A stretch of 61,225 nt of DNA. Origin: a virus (Duplodnaviria > Caudoviricetes). The notes beneath the pieces are model-generated. The model searched no databases, had not been told where the DNA came from, and saw nothing but the letters and a program-made list of their open reading frames with translations. Location of the stretch: positions 1 through 61,225 of IMG/VR virus record IMGVR_UViG_3300048838_000781; one strand, 5' to 3'. The position numbers and the translations under genes are program-made. This document shows positions 25,799-35,638 of the stretch, one piece after another (within the stretch, counting starts at the first letter, position 1; each line of letters begins with the position of its first letter).

Positions 25799-26871
25799 TG
25801 GTCGCTCGCGACAATCGCCGCTACTCGAAGGTCTCTCGCCGAGTTTGGAACGACGCGCGGTTTCGATCTCTGAGTGCTCCGCCACCGAACGGCCAAACGC
25901 TCTGGCTGCGACTCCTCACCGGCCCCGAGCTCACGGTGATCCCCGGCGTGATTCCCGCCGGCGAGGCCGGCCTGGCCGAAGCCATCGGATGGGACCTAGA
26001 AGGCTTCCGGGAAGCCTTCCGGGAAGTCTTCCGGGAAGGGTTGGCGGAAGCCGACTGGAAAGCCCGCCTCATCTGGGTGCCGAAGGCTATCGAGCACAAC
26101 GATCCGGAGAGCCCGAACGTCGTCAAGTCCTGGGCTATCGCATGGGACGAAGTACCCGAGTGCGACCTCAAAATCGTCATCTGGCAGGCCCTCCACGACC
26201 ACATGCAAACCAAAGGGGGATCGTGGTTTACGGCATTCAACGAGGCATGCCCGAAGCCTTTCGGTAAGGCTTCCCGGAAGCCTTCGGCGAAGGCATGGGC
26301 TAATCAGGAGCAGGAGCAGGAGCAGGAACAGGAGCAGGAAGAAGATACCTCCTCACTTCGTTCGGAGGTTTGCGCGGAGTCGGCCATGCCGACATCCACG
26401 CCGCACCAGCCGTCCGCGGCTGTGGTCGATGACCCGGTGGTGATGACTTTCCCCGTGGACGGGGACAAGGACCGGCCGGATTGGGGGCTTCGCTCCTCCA
26501 AGCTCGCTGAGTGGCGAGAGAGCTACCCGAGCCTCGACGTGCCGGCCCAGCTGCGTCTTGCCCGGCAGTGGATCCTCGACAACCCGAGCCGGCGCAAGAC
26601 CGCAAGCGGGATGCCGCGCTTCCTCGGCTCGTGGCTCTCCCGAGCGCAGAACCAAGGACCTCCTCAGCCTCACCGCTCCGGGCTCGGCCCCCCACGTCCA
26701 GCTCCAGTCGGCGTTCACGTCCTGCCGGCCACCGATGCCGACCGCAAGGACGGCGTTGACCGGTTCAACCAGCAAACCAACACGCTGGAGCGCTGGAACG
26801 CAGCGAAGCGCCAGTGGGTGCCGCTACCGCCGATTCCTCAGGCCAGCACTGCAACCGGAGGTGTCCAGTGA
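25798..26871 (+). CDS. Phage replication initiator protein
   Basis: YSKVSRRVWNDARFRSLS...LWLRLLT, NQEQEQEQE linker, RRKTASGMPRFLGSWLSR; upstream of DnaC. Confidence 0.85.
   Translation: MVARDNRRYSKVSRRVWNDARFRSLSAPPPNGQTLWLRLLTGPELTVIPGVIPAGEAGLAEAIGWDLEGFREAFREVFREGLAEADWKARLIWVPKAIEHNDPESPNVVKSWAIAWDEVPECDLKIVIWQALHDHMQTKGGSWFTAFNEACPKPFGKASRKPSAKAWANQEQEQEQEQEQEEDTSSLRSEVCAESAMPTSTPHQPSAAVVDDPVVMTFPVDGDKDRPDWGLRSSKLAEWRESYPSLDVPAQLRLARQWILDNPSRRKTASGMPRFLGSWLSRAQNQGPPQPHRSGLGPPRPAPVGVHVLPATDADRKDGVDRFNQQTNTLERWNAAKRQWVPLPPIPQASTATGGVQ
26004..26340. repeat. 12-bp iteron-like repeats and CAGGAG tract (probable origin)
   Basis: 3x CTTCCGGGAAGN (26004-26039); AAGSCTT-type 12-bp units 26254-26296; CAGGAR hexamers 26305-26340. 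Confidence 0.6.
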
Positions 26872-27620
26872 AGCCCATCGGGAACATCTCGCCGAGCGTT
26901 CCTTCGCGTCCAGCGAGACCTGAGCTCAGCGATTCCCAGGCTGCTGCAGCTCGAGCCGCCGAGACGGATGCCGCACTCGATCGCGTGCATCGTTTCCGCC
27001 GCGAGGTCGAGGACCGCAGGGCATCGGCAATGGCAGAGAGGGCGGCGGATCCTCGTCCCTGGATCGGCCTCGAGTGTGGTGTCCCGCCGAGAATCTGCGC
27101 TGACATCGATCCAGGCTACGGGCCATGCGTGCACTCCGTCGCCCAGTCCTGGAAAGGCGACCCGTGGCTACTCGCGATCATCGGGACGCGAGGCACTGGC
27201 AAGACCTACCTGGCGGTGTCGGTCCTGGCGCGGCTCGCCGCCGAGCACCCTCCGGAGTACCGCAACTCCTGGAAGGGGTTGTGGGTCGACTGCGTCGAAG
27301 CCCTCGACTCGATCCGAGCCGAGATCGGCACTGATCGCGACGGCAAAACGATCAACGCGCTGATGCGGGCCAACGTCCTGGTCCTCGACGACGTTGGCAG
27401 CGACCGGATCACCCGTGACAGCTCGGCGTTCCGCTCTGAGCGTCTGGCTCTCGTCCTGCGGCACCGGTACAACCACCTGCTCCCGACCATCATCACGGCG
27501 AACGTCCAACACCTCGACGACATCGCTCCGGGCGACGAGCGGTTGCAGCGTCGTATTGCCGACTGCGAAAAGATCCATCTCGAAGGCGAGATCCTGCAGC
27601 CGAAGCGGAGGTCGCCATGA
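26868..27620 (+). CDS. DnaC/IstB-like helicase loader ATPase
   Basis: GTRGTGKTYLA, VLVLDDVG, HRYNHLLPTIITAN. Confidence 0.9.
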   Translation: MKPIGNISPSVPSRPARPELSDSQAAAARAAETDAALDRVHRFRREVEDRRASAMAERAADPRPWIGLECGVPPRICADIDPGYGPCVHSVAQSWKGDPWLLAIIGTRGTGKTYLAVSVLARLAAEHPPEYRNSWKGLWVDCVEALDSIRAEIGTDRDGKTINALMRANVLVLDDVGSDRITRDSSAFRSERLALVLRHRYNHLLPTIITANVQHLDDIAPGDERLQRRIADCEKIHLEGEILQPKRRSP

Positions 27621-27940
27621 ACGATCTCGCCCTGCTGGCTGCCACGCCGTCCCGCTCCTGCTCGTGCGTCCTCCCGGACGACACCGGCAGCAGCTCCGGC
27701 TGGCACACCCGCGAGCTCGGCGACCAGGGCTGTTTCGAGGTCGGCTCAGGTTCTGAGGAGCGCTCACCCGATGGCAGTGTGGAGTACACCTGCAACCGCG
27801 GCACGGGTCGCCACTGCTGCATCAACTCGGGCGAACGCTGCATCTACTCCGGCACGGTCGCAGCGGTCGAGCCGTGCCCTCGCTACCGCGCCGCCTGCGC
27901 CGTCGATGCGATCCGAAAGGCGGAAGACCGTGCAGCCTGA
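27617..27940 (+). CDS. Cys-rich hypothetical protein
   Basis: GGAGG RBS, many Cys. Confidence 0.5.
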   Translation: MNDLALLAATPSRSCSCVLPDDTGSSSGWHTRELGDQGCFEVGSGSEERSPDGSVEYTCNRGTGRHCCINSGERCIYSGTVAAVEPCPRYRAACAVDAIRKAEDRAA

Positions 27941-28244
27941 CCAGCAGCTCTTCGCCGCTCTCGATCGAAGCTCGAAGCCGCTGCGCGTCTGGTCGACCGT
28001 CCTCAACTGCCGCGTGCTCTTCGCTGGCGACCGCACGCGCATCCACCCGCTCAACCCCTACCCGGTCTACCGCTCCACCGACCTGCGCGCGATCCTGCGC
28101 CTGAAGCCCGACGCCCAAGCGCTGCGCATCCTCCACGAGGTCAAGCGACAGCTCGGCCGAGACGCCCGAATCGTCGGTATCGAGCCCGACCGTCTCAAGC
28201 CCTCCCCTCAACCGCAGCAGCAAGCTGCACTTTTCGATCAATGA
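27930..28244 (+). CDS. Hypothetical protein
   Basis: GTG start; VWSTVLN...LHEVKRQLG. Confidence 0.55.
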   Translation: MQPDQQLFAALDRSSKPLRVWSTVLNCRVLFAGDRTRIHPLNPYPVYRSTDLRAILRLKPDAQALRILHEVKRQLGRDARIVGIEPDRLKPSPQPQQQAALFDQ

Positions 28245-28288
28245 CGCCTGTGTGGGGGCCTGATACCCACAACGGAAAGGACTGAACC

Positions 28289-29143
28289 ATGACCTACGCC
28301 TCCGAACCGCCGCGACTGCGGCAACGCCACCAGCGCCGATCCTCTGGCCGCGACTCCGAGACCAGCTTCATCTCGTGGGTGGTCCTCGCCATCCTGGTTC
28401 TCGCCGCACTCTTCGTGAGCGTGGACGCAGCACGGGCTGCGACCTACACGCCGCCCCCCCAGCACTTCTGCGTCGCGATCGGGGAACCCCCAGGCGTGTT
28501 CGACCTCTCGGTGCTCCCCAAGTCGCCAACCGACCGGGACTGGGTCGAGCTCAGATACCTGACCCACGATGGACAGAGGAACCCCGGCGCCTGGCGAGGG
28601 ACTTCCGACAATCACACTCCCGAGTGGGCCGTTGATCTCGCAGAGCTCGGCTACGACGTCGACGTCGTTGCGACCAGAGACGCCTACTGCGCCCAGGACA
28701 CGGAAATCCAGCAGCGGGCCCGAGCGGTTCGGATCGCCGGCGACATGTCGACCCCCTTCGAGCCTGGATTCTGGGCATGGGGACGAAAGTCGTGGGACGT
28801 GGTCGCCTGGGAGACCTTCCTGCAGTACAACCGGCGGGCTCTGCAGATCAACCTCGGACCTTCCGACGCTGGACTCTTCGAAGCCGTCGTGAGGCGCCAG
28901 CTCGCCCTCGCCATCGAGGCCTGCGACAAGGGCACCGGCATTGCCACGACCAACGCCGCCGGTAACTGGCAACGCAACAAGGGCGGATCCTGCAGGCCGA
29001 CAGCTTGGACCAGAGCCGGCAAGCCCGATCTCGGTTGGGCGAGACCGATCCGAATCGAGATGCCAGACCGCGAGCTCGGACCCGTCTTCGAGCCGGGCCG
29101 CCTCTCCACCGGATTCCTCTCGACGGACACGATTCGCCGGTGA
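28289..29143 (+). CDS. Membrane-anchored or secreted hypothetical protein
   Basis: AAGGA RBS; hydrophobic FISWVVLAILVLAALFVSV followed by ARA. Confidence 0.65.
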   Translation: MTYASEPPRLRQRHQRRSSGRDSETSFISWVVLAILVLAALFVSVDAARAATYTPPPQHFCVAIGEPPGVFDLSVLPKSPTDRDWVELRYLTHDGQRNPGAWRGTSDNHTPEWAVDLAELGYDVDVVATRDAYCAQDTEIQQRARAVRIAGDMSTPFEPGFWAWGRKSWDVVAWETFLQYNRRALQINLGPSDAGLFEAVVRRQLALAIEACDKGTGIATTNAAGNWQRNKGGSCRPTAWTRAGKPDLGWARPIRIEMPDRELGPVFEPGRLSTGFLSTDTIRR

Positions 29144-29715
29144 AGCGGGCCCATCTCCTCCCGCACGAGTACCAGGCCGCGGCGATGGTCCTGGATTGCG
29201 ATGTCCACGCGATCCAGGCCTTCGCCGAGGTCGAGGCCGGACCCTACGGGCCGTGGATGCCCGACGGCGACCACCCCGTGGTCCTCTTCGAGCGCCACGT
29301 CTTTTGCCGCCTGACCCACGGCGTCTACGACGACGTCGAGCCCGGCCTCTCGAATCCCAAGCCGGGAGGCTACGGCGCCCACGCCGACCAGCCCGCCCGC
29401 CTCGCTCGGGCCCGCGAGCTTGACGACGAGGCCGCCGTCAAGGCCACCTCATGGGGGCTCTTCCAGGTGATGGGCTTCAACCACCGCCTCGCCGGGTACG
29501 CGGTCCTCGCGGACTTCGAAGCATCGATGCGCGAGGAGGTTTGCTGGCACCTCGGAGCATTCGCCTGCTTCGTCGGCTCGCAGCCGAAGCTCGCCGCCGC
29601 CATTCGGCGACACGACTGGTGGACTGCAGCCCGGCTCTACAACGGCAAGGACCACGCCAAGCACGACTACGCCGGCAGGCTCACCCGTGCCTACCAGCGA
29701 CACGCTTCGGTCTGA
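29140..29715 (+). CDS. N-acetylmuramidase (DUF3380 family) endolysin
   Basis: AFAEVEA, PVVLFERHVF, TSWGLFQVMGFNH, ARLYNG. Confidence 0.9.
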   Translation: MKRAHLLPHEYQAAAMVLDCDVHAIQAFAEVEAGPYGPWMPDGDHPVVLFERHVFCRLTHGVYDDVEPGLSNPKPGGYGAHADQPARLARARELDDEAAVKATSWGLFQVMGFNHRLAGYAVLADFEASMREEVCWHLGAFACFVGSQPKLAAAIRRHDWWTAARLYNGKDHAKHDYAGRLTRAYQRHASV

Positions 29716-29729
29716 GGAGAACGAAAGCG

Positions 29730-30854
29730 ATGGCAGACAAGGACCGAAGCTCCAATCCCGAGGTGATTCTCATCAACGAGATCGCCGCCAAGATTCTCGA
29801 AGGCCGCTACGTCGGGACCTACCACCGCGAATTCAAGCACCTCCTCCCCGTCAAGGATCCAAGCGGTGGGCACAACTGGCAGGTGCTCGACGAGGCCGCT
29901 CGGCTCGCCTGCGGGTTCGACGTGTCCGGGTCGCAGAGTCGGTTTCGTGAAGCCTACGACGCAGCTACGATCTCTCCGATACCCGGCATCTCGACCGGAT
30001 GGATGGGCACCGAGCAGCAATCGCGGATCTATGGCGAGTATCACTACCTCGGGTGGATGATCGCCTGGCGCAACGGCGTCTCGGCGGCTCGCAAGTGGCT
30101 GGAGATGTTCCACCTGCTCCTCGAGGCGAGCGCTGCCCCGGATGGGCGCGTGATGTGGGTCGGACAGCGCTCAGCCGTCCCCGGATCTGGCGGTCCACGA
30201 TGGCTGGACGCTTGCCTCGCGGTCGCGCGAGGCGGCAGCATCGAGAGGTGGCGCAAGGGCTGGGGGTGGCCGCCGACCTGGCAGTTGCTCCGGCACTTCG
30301 CGCCGCAGGTCCGCGAGATCCATCAGGGGATCAGCGAACAGCTCAAAATCGGCGGATCTGACGCGATGGCGCGCGGCTTCAAGTTCAGGACCCCGCAATG
30401 GTGGCTCTATTCACCCAGCGGCGACCTGATGGCGACGTGGACCGACCGCACGGTCAACGGACAGACGCCGCCGATGCTCGCCGCCGTGCGCGTTGGTGAC
30501 GAGATCCGCTGGTTCCCACGCAATGGTGGGGACACCCGCGAGCGGGCAGGAAGCGGGAAACCAGGCGACCGCGCGAATCTCGATGCCACGATCGAGAACG
30601 GAATGCTACGGCTACGGTACGAGGCTACCCGCTCGCGGCCGAGCCCCGATGAAGTCGAGGTAGCGATCCCTGAAGGATCGCGACTAGTGACACTGCACGA
30701 GGACGGCACCGTCACCGAGTCCGTGATCGGCGCAGTGGACGCGCCACAGCCAGCCGAACCGCCGCGGCCTCCGACCGCAACCAGCGCGCTGAGAGTCACG
30801 CTCGAGATTCGCGACGGCGTGACCAGCGTCATCTCCACGGAGCCGATCCTGTGA
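29730..30854 (+). CDS. Hypothetical protein (374 aa, Trp/Gly rich)
   Basis: GAGGAG RBS; long ORF in operon. Confidence 0.65.
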   Translation: MADKDRSSNPEVILINEIAAKILEGRYVGTYHREFKHLLPVKDPSGGHNWQVLDEAARLACGFDVSGSQSRFREAYDAATISPIPGISTGWMGTEQQSRIYGEYHYLGWMIAWRNGVSAARKWLEMFHLLLEASAAPDGRVMWVGQRSAVPGSGGPRWLDACLAVARGGSIERWRKGWGWPPTWQLLRHFAPQVREIHQGISEQLKIGGSDAMARGFKFRTPQWWLYSPSGDLMATWTDRTVNGQTPPMLAAVRVGDEIRWFPRNGGDTRERAGSGKPGDRANLDATIENGMLRLRYEATRSRPSPDEVEVAIPEGSRLVTLHEDGTVTESVIGAVDAPQPAEPPRPPTATSALRVTLEIRDGVTSVISTEPIL

Positions 30855-31045
30855 GCCGCCACGTCGTTCTCAAGTTCTACTCTGCCGAGGCTGTCGTCGC
30901 CGACATGGCCGAGGAGATCCGTCGCGCCATGCGAGATGAAAAGGCGTGGCTCGGACGTACACGGCTGACTCTCCGGCTGAACCGAGAGATCGTCGAGCGC
31001 TTCATCTCGAGGCAGCCTGACATGTTCTCCCCGGAGCGCGAGTGA
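30851..31045 (+). CDS. Small hypothetical protein
   Basis: Shares its first 21 nt with the next gene. Confidence 0.5.
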   Translation: MSRHVVLKFYSAEAVVADMAEEIRRAMRDEKAWLGRTRLTLRLNREIVERFISRQPDMFSPERE

Positions 31046-31539
31046 GCCGCCACGTCGTTCTCGGCACGGCGCGGCCGGAGATCGTCGAGCTTGGACCGGC
31101 CGATGACAAGCCGATCTTCGCCTTCTCTGTTCGTGGGATTCCGAAGGGTCAACCTCGGGGACGAGCGACTATTCGCGGCCGTCACGCCGGCATCTACGAT
31201 CCCGGCACCGCAGACGGATGGAAGGCGCTCGTCGTCAACTCGGGCGCCCGCTTCCGGCCTGCGTCGCCGATCCGATATCCCGTCCGTGTGGTGATCAGCT
31301 TCGCCATGCCTCGACCGAAGAGGCTCATGCGCAAGTCCGACCCGGACGGGCCGATCTGGTGCACCGCGAAGCCCGACGTGGACAACCTCACGAAGGCGGT
31401 GCTCGACGCGCTCACAAACGATGGATGGTGGCTCGACGATTCGATTGTCGTTCAGTGTGACGCCACGAAGCGCTACCACTCGAAGACCGGCAACCCCGGA
31501 GCTGTCATCGCGATCATGGAGGCCCCATGCTCCGCGTGA
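31042..31539 (+). CDS. rusA: RusA-like Holliday junction resolvase
   Basis: PKGQPRGR, KPDVDNLTKAVLDAL...WLDDSIVV. Confidence 0.9.
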   Translation: MSRHVVLGTARPEIVELGPADDKPIFAFSVRGIPKGQPRGRATIRGRHAGIYDPGTADGWKALVVNSGARFRPASPIRYPVRVVISFAMPRPKRLMRKSDPDGPIWCTAKPDVDNLTKAVLDALTNDGWWLDDSIVVQCDATKRYHSKTGNPGAVIAIMEAPCSA

Positions 31540-31850
31540 GCCTCGAAACCTCCGACCGAGGTCTCGCCCTCGACGCCGTTCGATCCTTCGTCGCTCGCGG
31601 CTACGTTCGCGATCGCCGCCTCTCCCGACCTCTCCAGTGGCGGGTCAGCGTCACCGCCGGCCGGTGGCACTTCGAGTGGATCGAGGAGGACGACCTGGAA
31701 TCCCGGTCCCCGCTATCGAGCACGGACATCGAACGCATCCGTCGGCTTCGCGGTCAGGGCTGGAAGCTCCTCGAGCTCGCGACGGAGTTCGGCGTCACGG
31801 TCTCTGCCATCTCGCGCATCACGGCCGGTGTCCGGAGGACGGCGGCGTGA
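31527..31850 (+). CDS. Protein with C-terminal HTH
   Basis: IRRLRGQGWKLLELATEFGVTVSAISRI. Confidence 0.7.
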   Translation: MLRVSLETSDRGLALDAVRSFVARGYVRDRRLSRPLQWRVSVTAGRWHFEWIEEDDLESRSPLSSTDIERIRRLRGQGWKLLELATEFGVTVSAISRITAGVRRTAA

Positions 31851-32308
31851 CCAGCAGGACCCGCAAGAAGATGGGCAGGCCGTCGGCCTACACGCCCGAG
31901 CTTGCCGAGGAGATCTGCATCCGAATCGCGGGCGGGGAGAGCCTCCGCAAGATCTGCAAGTCCGAGGGAATGCCCGCGTTTCAGACCGTTCTTCGGTGGG
32001 CGTTTCACGCCGACCAGGAAGAGGTCGGAAACTTCCACGAGCAGTACGCACGCGCGCGAGAGCTGCAGGCCGAGCTTCGAGCCGACGAGATCGTCGAGAT
32101 CTCGGACAACACGAAGGATGCGGCAAGGGCTCGGGTCCGGATCGACGCTCGCAAGTGGGTGGCCTCGAAGCTCCTGCCCAAGCGGTACGGCAACCGCGTT
32201 GCACTCGACCACACCGGCTTCAACCCCGTCCTCAACGTCATCCTCGAAGGGGACCCGGTTCAGCACGTGTTCGACGAGGAATCGGAACAGGGAGACGGCG
32301 CAGAGTGA
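31847..32308 (+). CDS. Terminase small subunit
   Basis: GRPSAYTPELAEEIC.RIAGGESLRKIC..EGMP...IDARKWVASKLLPKRYG. Confidence 0.9.
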   Translation: MTSRTRKKMGRPSAYTPELAEEICIRIAGGESLRKICKSEGMPAFQTVLRWAFHADQEEVGNFHEQYARARELQAELRADEIVEISDNTKDAARARVRIDARKWVASKLLPKRYGNRVALDHTGFNPVLNVILEGDPVQHVFDEESEQGDGAE

Positions 32309-33744
32309 GCACGGCCGCGGCAGTCGCCAATCCTCTCGCGATCAACCTTCGCCTGCAGCCAAAGCAGCAGGTCGCGTTCACGTCGCCAGCTACCGAGATT
32401 CTCTACGGAGGCGCTGCCGGCGGCGGTAAGTCGCACCTGATGCGTGTCGCGGCGATCTACTGGGCGGCTCAGTTTCCGGGTATCCAGATCTACCTGTTTC
32501 GCCGCACCTGGCCGGACCTTTTCAAGAACCACATGACGGGACCGACCAGCTTTCCGGCTCTGCTGGCACCATGGGTGAACGCTGGCCACGCGGATATCAA
32601 GGAGTCGAAGGGCTACATCGAGATCGGCGGGAAGAGCCGCATTCACCTCTGCCACTGCGAACTCGAGAAGGACGTCTACAAGTACCAGGGCGCTGACATT
32701 CACGTACTGCTCATCGACGAGCTGACGCACTTCACGGCGACTCAGTATCGGTTTCTCAGGTCTCGTGTCCGCGCCGTTGGACTGAACATCCCCGAGCAGT
32801 ACCGACGGCAGTTCCCAAGGATCTTGTCTGGATCCAACCCCGGCAACGTCGGCCACAACTGGGTCAAGGCCATGCTGGTCGACCCGAAGCCCCCCGGCGT
32901 CATCTGGAGAGCCCCGGCCGACGACGGCGGCATGCTCCGGCAGTACATCCAGGCTCGGCTAGCGGACAACCCGGCGCTCCTCGCAGACAACCCCGACTAC
33001 ATCAACCAGCTCAAGGGTCTCGGGAACCCTGCTCTGGTTCGCGCGATGCTCGAGGGCGACTGGAACATCGTGGCCGGCGGAGCCTTCGACGACCTGTGGA
33101 ATCCAGACCGTCACGTGATTCGGCCCTTCCAAATCCCGGAAACCTGGACCCTGTTCCGCTCCTTCGACTGGGGCTCGACGAAGCCGCACGCTACTGTCTG
33201 GCTCGCTGAGTGCAACGGGGAGTATCTCGAAGACACCCCCAGGATCCCCAAGTCCAGCCTCGTGACCTTTGCCGAGCTTTACGGGTGGAACGGCACGCCG
33301 AACACCGGAACGAAGGAACTCGCGATCGAAGTTGGCCGGAAGGTCGTCGCCCTGGACAGGTCGCTGCCGATCCGTCAACGCGTCATTCCTGGTCCGGCCG
33401 ATCCGGCCATCTACGCCGTCGAGAACGGCTCCTCGATCGCCGCCGATATGGAGCGAGCCGGGTGCGCGTGGGTTCCGGCTGAAGCTGGACCGGGCAGCAG
33501 GAAGGCCGGCCTCGAGGCATTGCGCAAGCGCCTCAAGGCTGCGCTCGAGGGGGACGAGCCGGGCCTGTTCTTCTTCGATACCTGCCGGCAGGTGATCCGC
33601 ACGTTGCCTGTGTTGCCGCGCTCTCAGCGGGACCCAGACGACGTCGATACGGCGGCGGAAGACCACCTCTATGACGCCCTTCGCTACGGCGTCTCCAACC
33701 CATTCGGAAAACCCAACTGGCGCGGCGGCCGTCGCGCAGCCTGA
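32305..33744 (+). CDS. Terminase large subunit
   Basis: YGGAAGGGKS, LLIDELTHF, SNPGNVGH, FDWG, EDHLYDALRY. Confidence 0.95.
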   Translation: MSTAAAVANPLAINLRLQPKQQVAFTSPATEILYGGAAGGGKSHLMRVAAIYWAAQFPGIQIYLFRRTWPDLFKNHMTGPTSFPALLAPWVNAGHADIKESKGYIEIGGKSRIHLCHCELEKDVYKYQGADIHVLLIDELTHFTATQYRFLRSRVRAVGLNIPEQYRRQFPRILSGSNPGNVGHNWVKAMLVDPKPPGVIWRAPADDGGMLRQYIQARLADNPALLADNPDYINQLKGLGNPALVRAMLEGDWNIVAGGAFDDLWNPDRHVIRPFQIPETWTLFRSFDWGSTKPHATVWLAECNGEYLEDTPRIPKSSLVTFAELYGWNGTPNTGTKELAIEVGRKVVALDRSLPIRQRVIPGPADPAIYAVENGSSIAADMERAGCAWVPAEAGPGSRKAGLEALRKRLKAALEGDEPGLFFFDTCRQVIRTLPVLPRSQRDPDDVDTAAEDHLYDALRYGVSNPFGKPNWRGGRRAA

Positions 33745-33758
33745 CCGGAGAGACCACC

Positions 33759-35258
33759 ATGGGAATCGGAACCAACCATCCCGACTACAAGGCCATGCTT
33801 CCGCGCTGGAGCAAGATCCGCGACGTCCTCGAAGGCGAGGAGGCCGTCAAGGCTGCCGGCGAAGCGTACCTGCCCAAGCTCCCCGGCCAGAACGAGAAGG
33901 ACTACTCCTTCTACGTCGAGGGCGCCTACTTCTTCGAGGGCTCGAGCCGCGCGATCGAGGCGTTCGTCGGGATGCTCACGCGCAAGGATCCCGTCGTCGA
34001 GATCCCGGAATCCGCTGAAGCCTGGCGAGACGACATCGCGGGGAGCGGCACGAGCCTCGACGAGCTGTTCGTGGGAACCGTGGTCGACGTCGTGACCACC
34101 GGCCGCGTCGGGGCCCTGGTCGACTGGCCCGGATCGACGGAGGGCCTCACGCGCGCCGAGGCAGAGCGTATCGGGTCGGCGCCAACGATCAAGCTCTACC
34201 CGGCCGAGGCGATCGTCAACTGGCAGGACGACGATCGCGGCCGTCCGCTCTGGATCGTGCTCGAGGAGCAGGCGCGCAAGCCCGACGCTGACCGCTACAG
34301 CCACGAGACGGTGAGGCAACGGCGCGAGCTGTTCCTCGACGAGGTGGGGATCTACCGCCAGCGGATCTTCCAGCTTGCCGACGAGACCGCCAAAGAAGAA
34401 GAGTGGGTTCAGGTCGGCGAGGAGATCACGCCGATGCGATCGGGTCAGCCGTGGATGGAGATCCCGTGGGTGTGGTTCGGTTCGAGCGAGAACACCTCGA
34501 CTCCGAATCACCCGCCGCCGCGGCAAATCGTGAACGCGGCGCTGGCCATGTATCGCAACAGCGCGGCCTTCGAGAAGGCGCTGATCTACGGCGGCAACCC
34601 GCAGCCGTATGTCGTACTCGGCGGCTACCGAATGGCGAGCGCGACCCCCGGTGGCGTCGACGATGGCCCGAAGCGCGAGTACGTCATCGGTGGCTCCGAG
34701 GTGTGGGAGCTTCCCGAGAACTCCCAGGCCGGGGTGCTCAACTTCGCCGGCGGCGCGGAGATGCCGCTCGAGCGAGCGATCGATGCCAAAAAGCGTGACA
34801 TGGCCGTCCTCGGCGCGAGGCTGCTGGAGGGTCAGAAGAAGGGCGCCGAGGCAGCCGAGACGGAGGAGATCCGGCGCAGCGGCGAGAACAGCGCGATCGG
34901 CCGGATCGCGGACAACCTCACTCTCGGCTGGACGCGAGTGCTCCAACTCGTCGCCGAGTGGGCGGGCTGGGAAGGCGACGTGGGCGTCACGTTCTCCAAG
35001 GACTTCCTGTCTCGCCCGGTGACGGCGCAGGAGGTGACTGCGGCGATGGATCTCTACCTCCGCGGCGCCTGGGCGTTGCCCGACCTGCACGGCTTCCTGA
35101 TCGCCGGCGAGTGGCAGCCCGAGACGCGCACAACGGAGGCGATCGAAGCGGACCTCGAAGCGGCGAGGCCGAGCGCGGCACCGGCTGGCGGTCCGCGGCC
35201 GGTCGGAGGGCTACCGGGCGGGGTTCCGATGCCTGGCGACGAAGGGAGGTTCGCGTGA
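33759..35258 (+). CDS. Portal protein (DUF4055 type)
   Basis: HPDY...W..IRD...G...VKAAGEAYLP; LYPAEAIVNW; MAVLGARLL; follows TerL. Confidence 0.9.
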   Translation: MGIGTNHPDYKAMLPRWSKIRDVLEGEEAVKAAGEAYLPKLPGQNEKDYSFYVEGAYFFEGSSRAIEAFVGMLTRKDPVVEIPESAEAWRDDIAGSGTSLDELFVGTVVDVVTTGRVGALVDWPGSTEGLTRAEAERIGSAPTIKLYPAEAIVNWQDDDRGRPLWIVLEEQARKPDADRYSHETVRQRRELFLDEVGIYRQRIFQLADETAKEEEWVQVGEEITPMRSGQPWMEIPWVWFGSSENTSTPNHPPPRQIVNAALAMYRNSAAFEKALIYGGNPQPYVVLGGYRMASATPGGVDDGPKREYVIGGSEVWELPENSQAGVLNFAGGAEMPLERAIDAKKRDMAVLGARLLEGQKKGAEAAETEEIRRSGENSAIGRIADNLTLGWTRVLQLVAEWAGWEGDVGVTFSKDFLSRPVTAQEVTAAMDLYLRGAWALPDLHGFLIAGEWQPETRTTEAIEADLEAARPSAAPAGGPRPVGGLPGGVPMPGDEGRFA

Positions 35259-35638
35259 GCCTCATGGATCTGCTCGGACTTGCCCTTCTCGGCCTCATGG
35301 CTTTGGGCTGCTACTGCGTCTGCCTCTACACGCTGGCGCAGTTGCGCGACGTGAAACGCGGCCAATACGTGGCGATCGGCGGCCCTTATTCCACCACCGC
35401 CGAGGTGCTCAGCGCTCTGCGGTCAGGAGCCGATCTCGGGAAACTGGTATCCCTGACGAAATCGTACGGCGAGTGTGCGGTCGAGTACGACATTGACGTG
35501 CTCGTTCGCCTGGGCATGGCGGTTCGCTCAGACCTTGGCGATGGCGTGCCTCGCTGGTGGCAGACGCCCGAAGGCGCCGAGGTCGATCGTGAGCTCGAAG
35601 AGTGGCGGCAAAGGTTTGAAGCCAATGGAGACAAGTGA
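35255..35638 (+). CDS. Membrane-anchored hypothetical protein
   Basis: N-terminal TM segment; GTGA overlap. Confidence 0.55.
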   Translation: MSLMDLLGLALLGLMALGCYCVCLYTLAQLRDVKRGQYVAIGGPYSTTAEVLSALRSGADLGKLVSLTKSYGECAVEYDIDVLVRLGMAVRSDLGDGVPRWWQTPEGAEVDRELEEWRQRFEANGDK

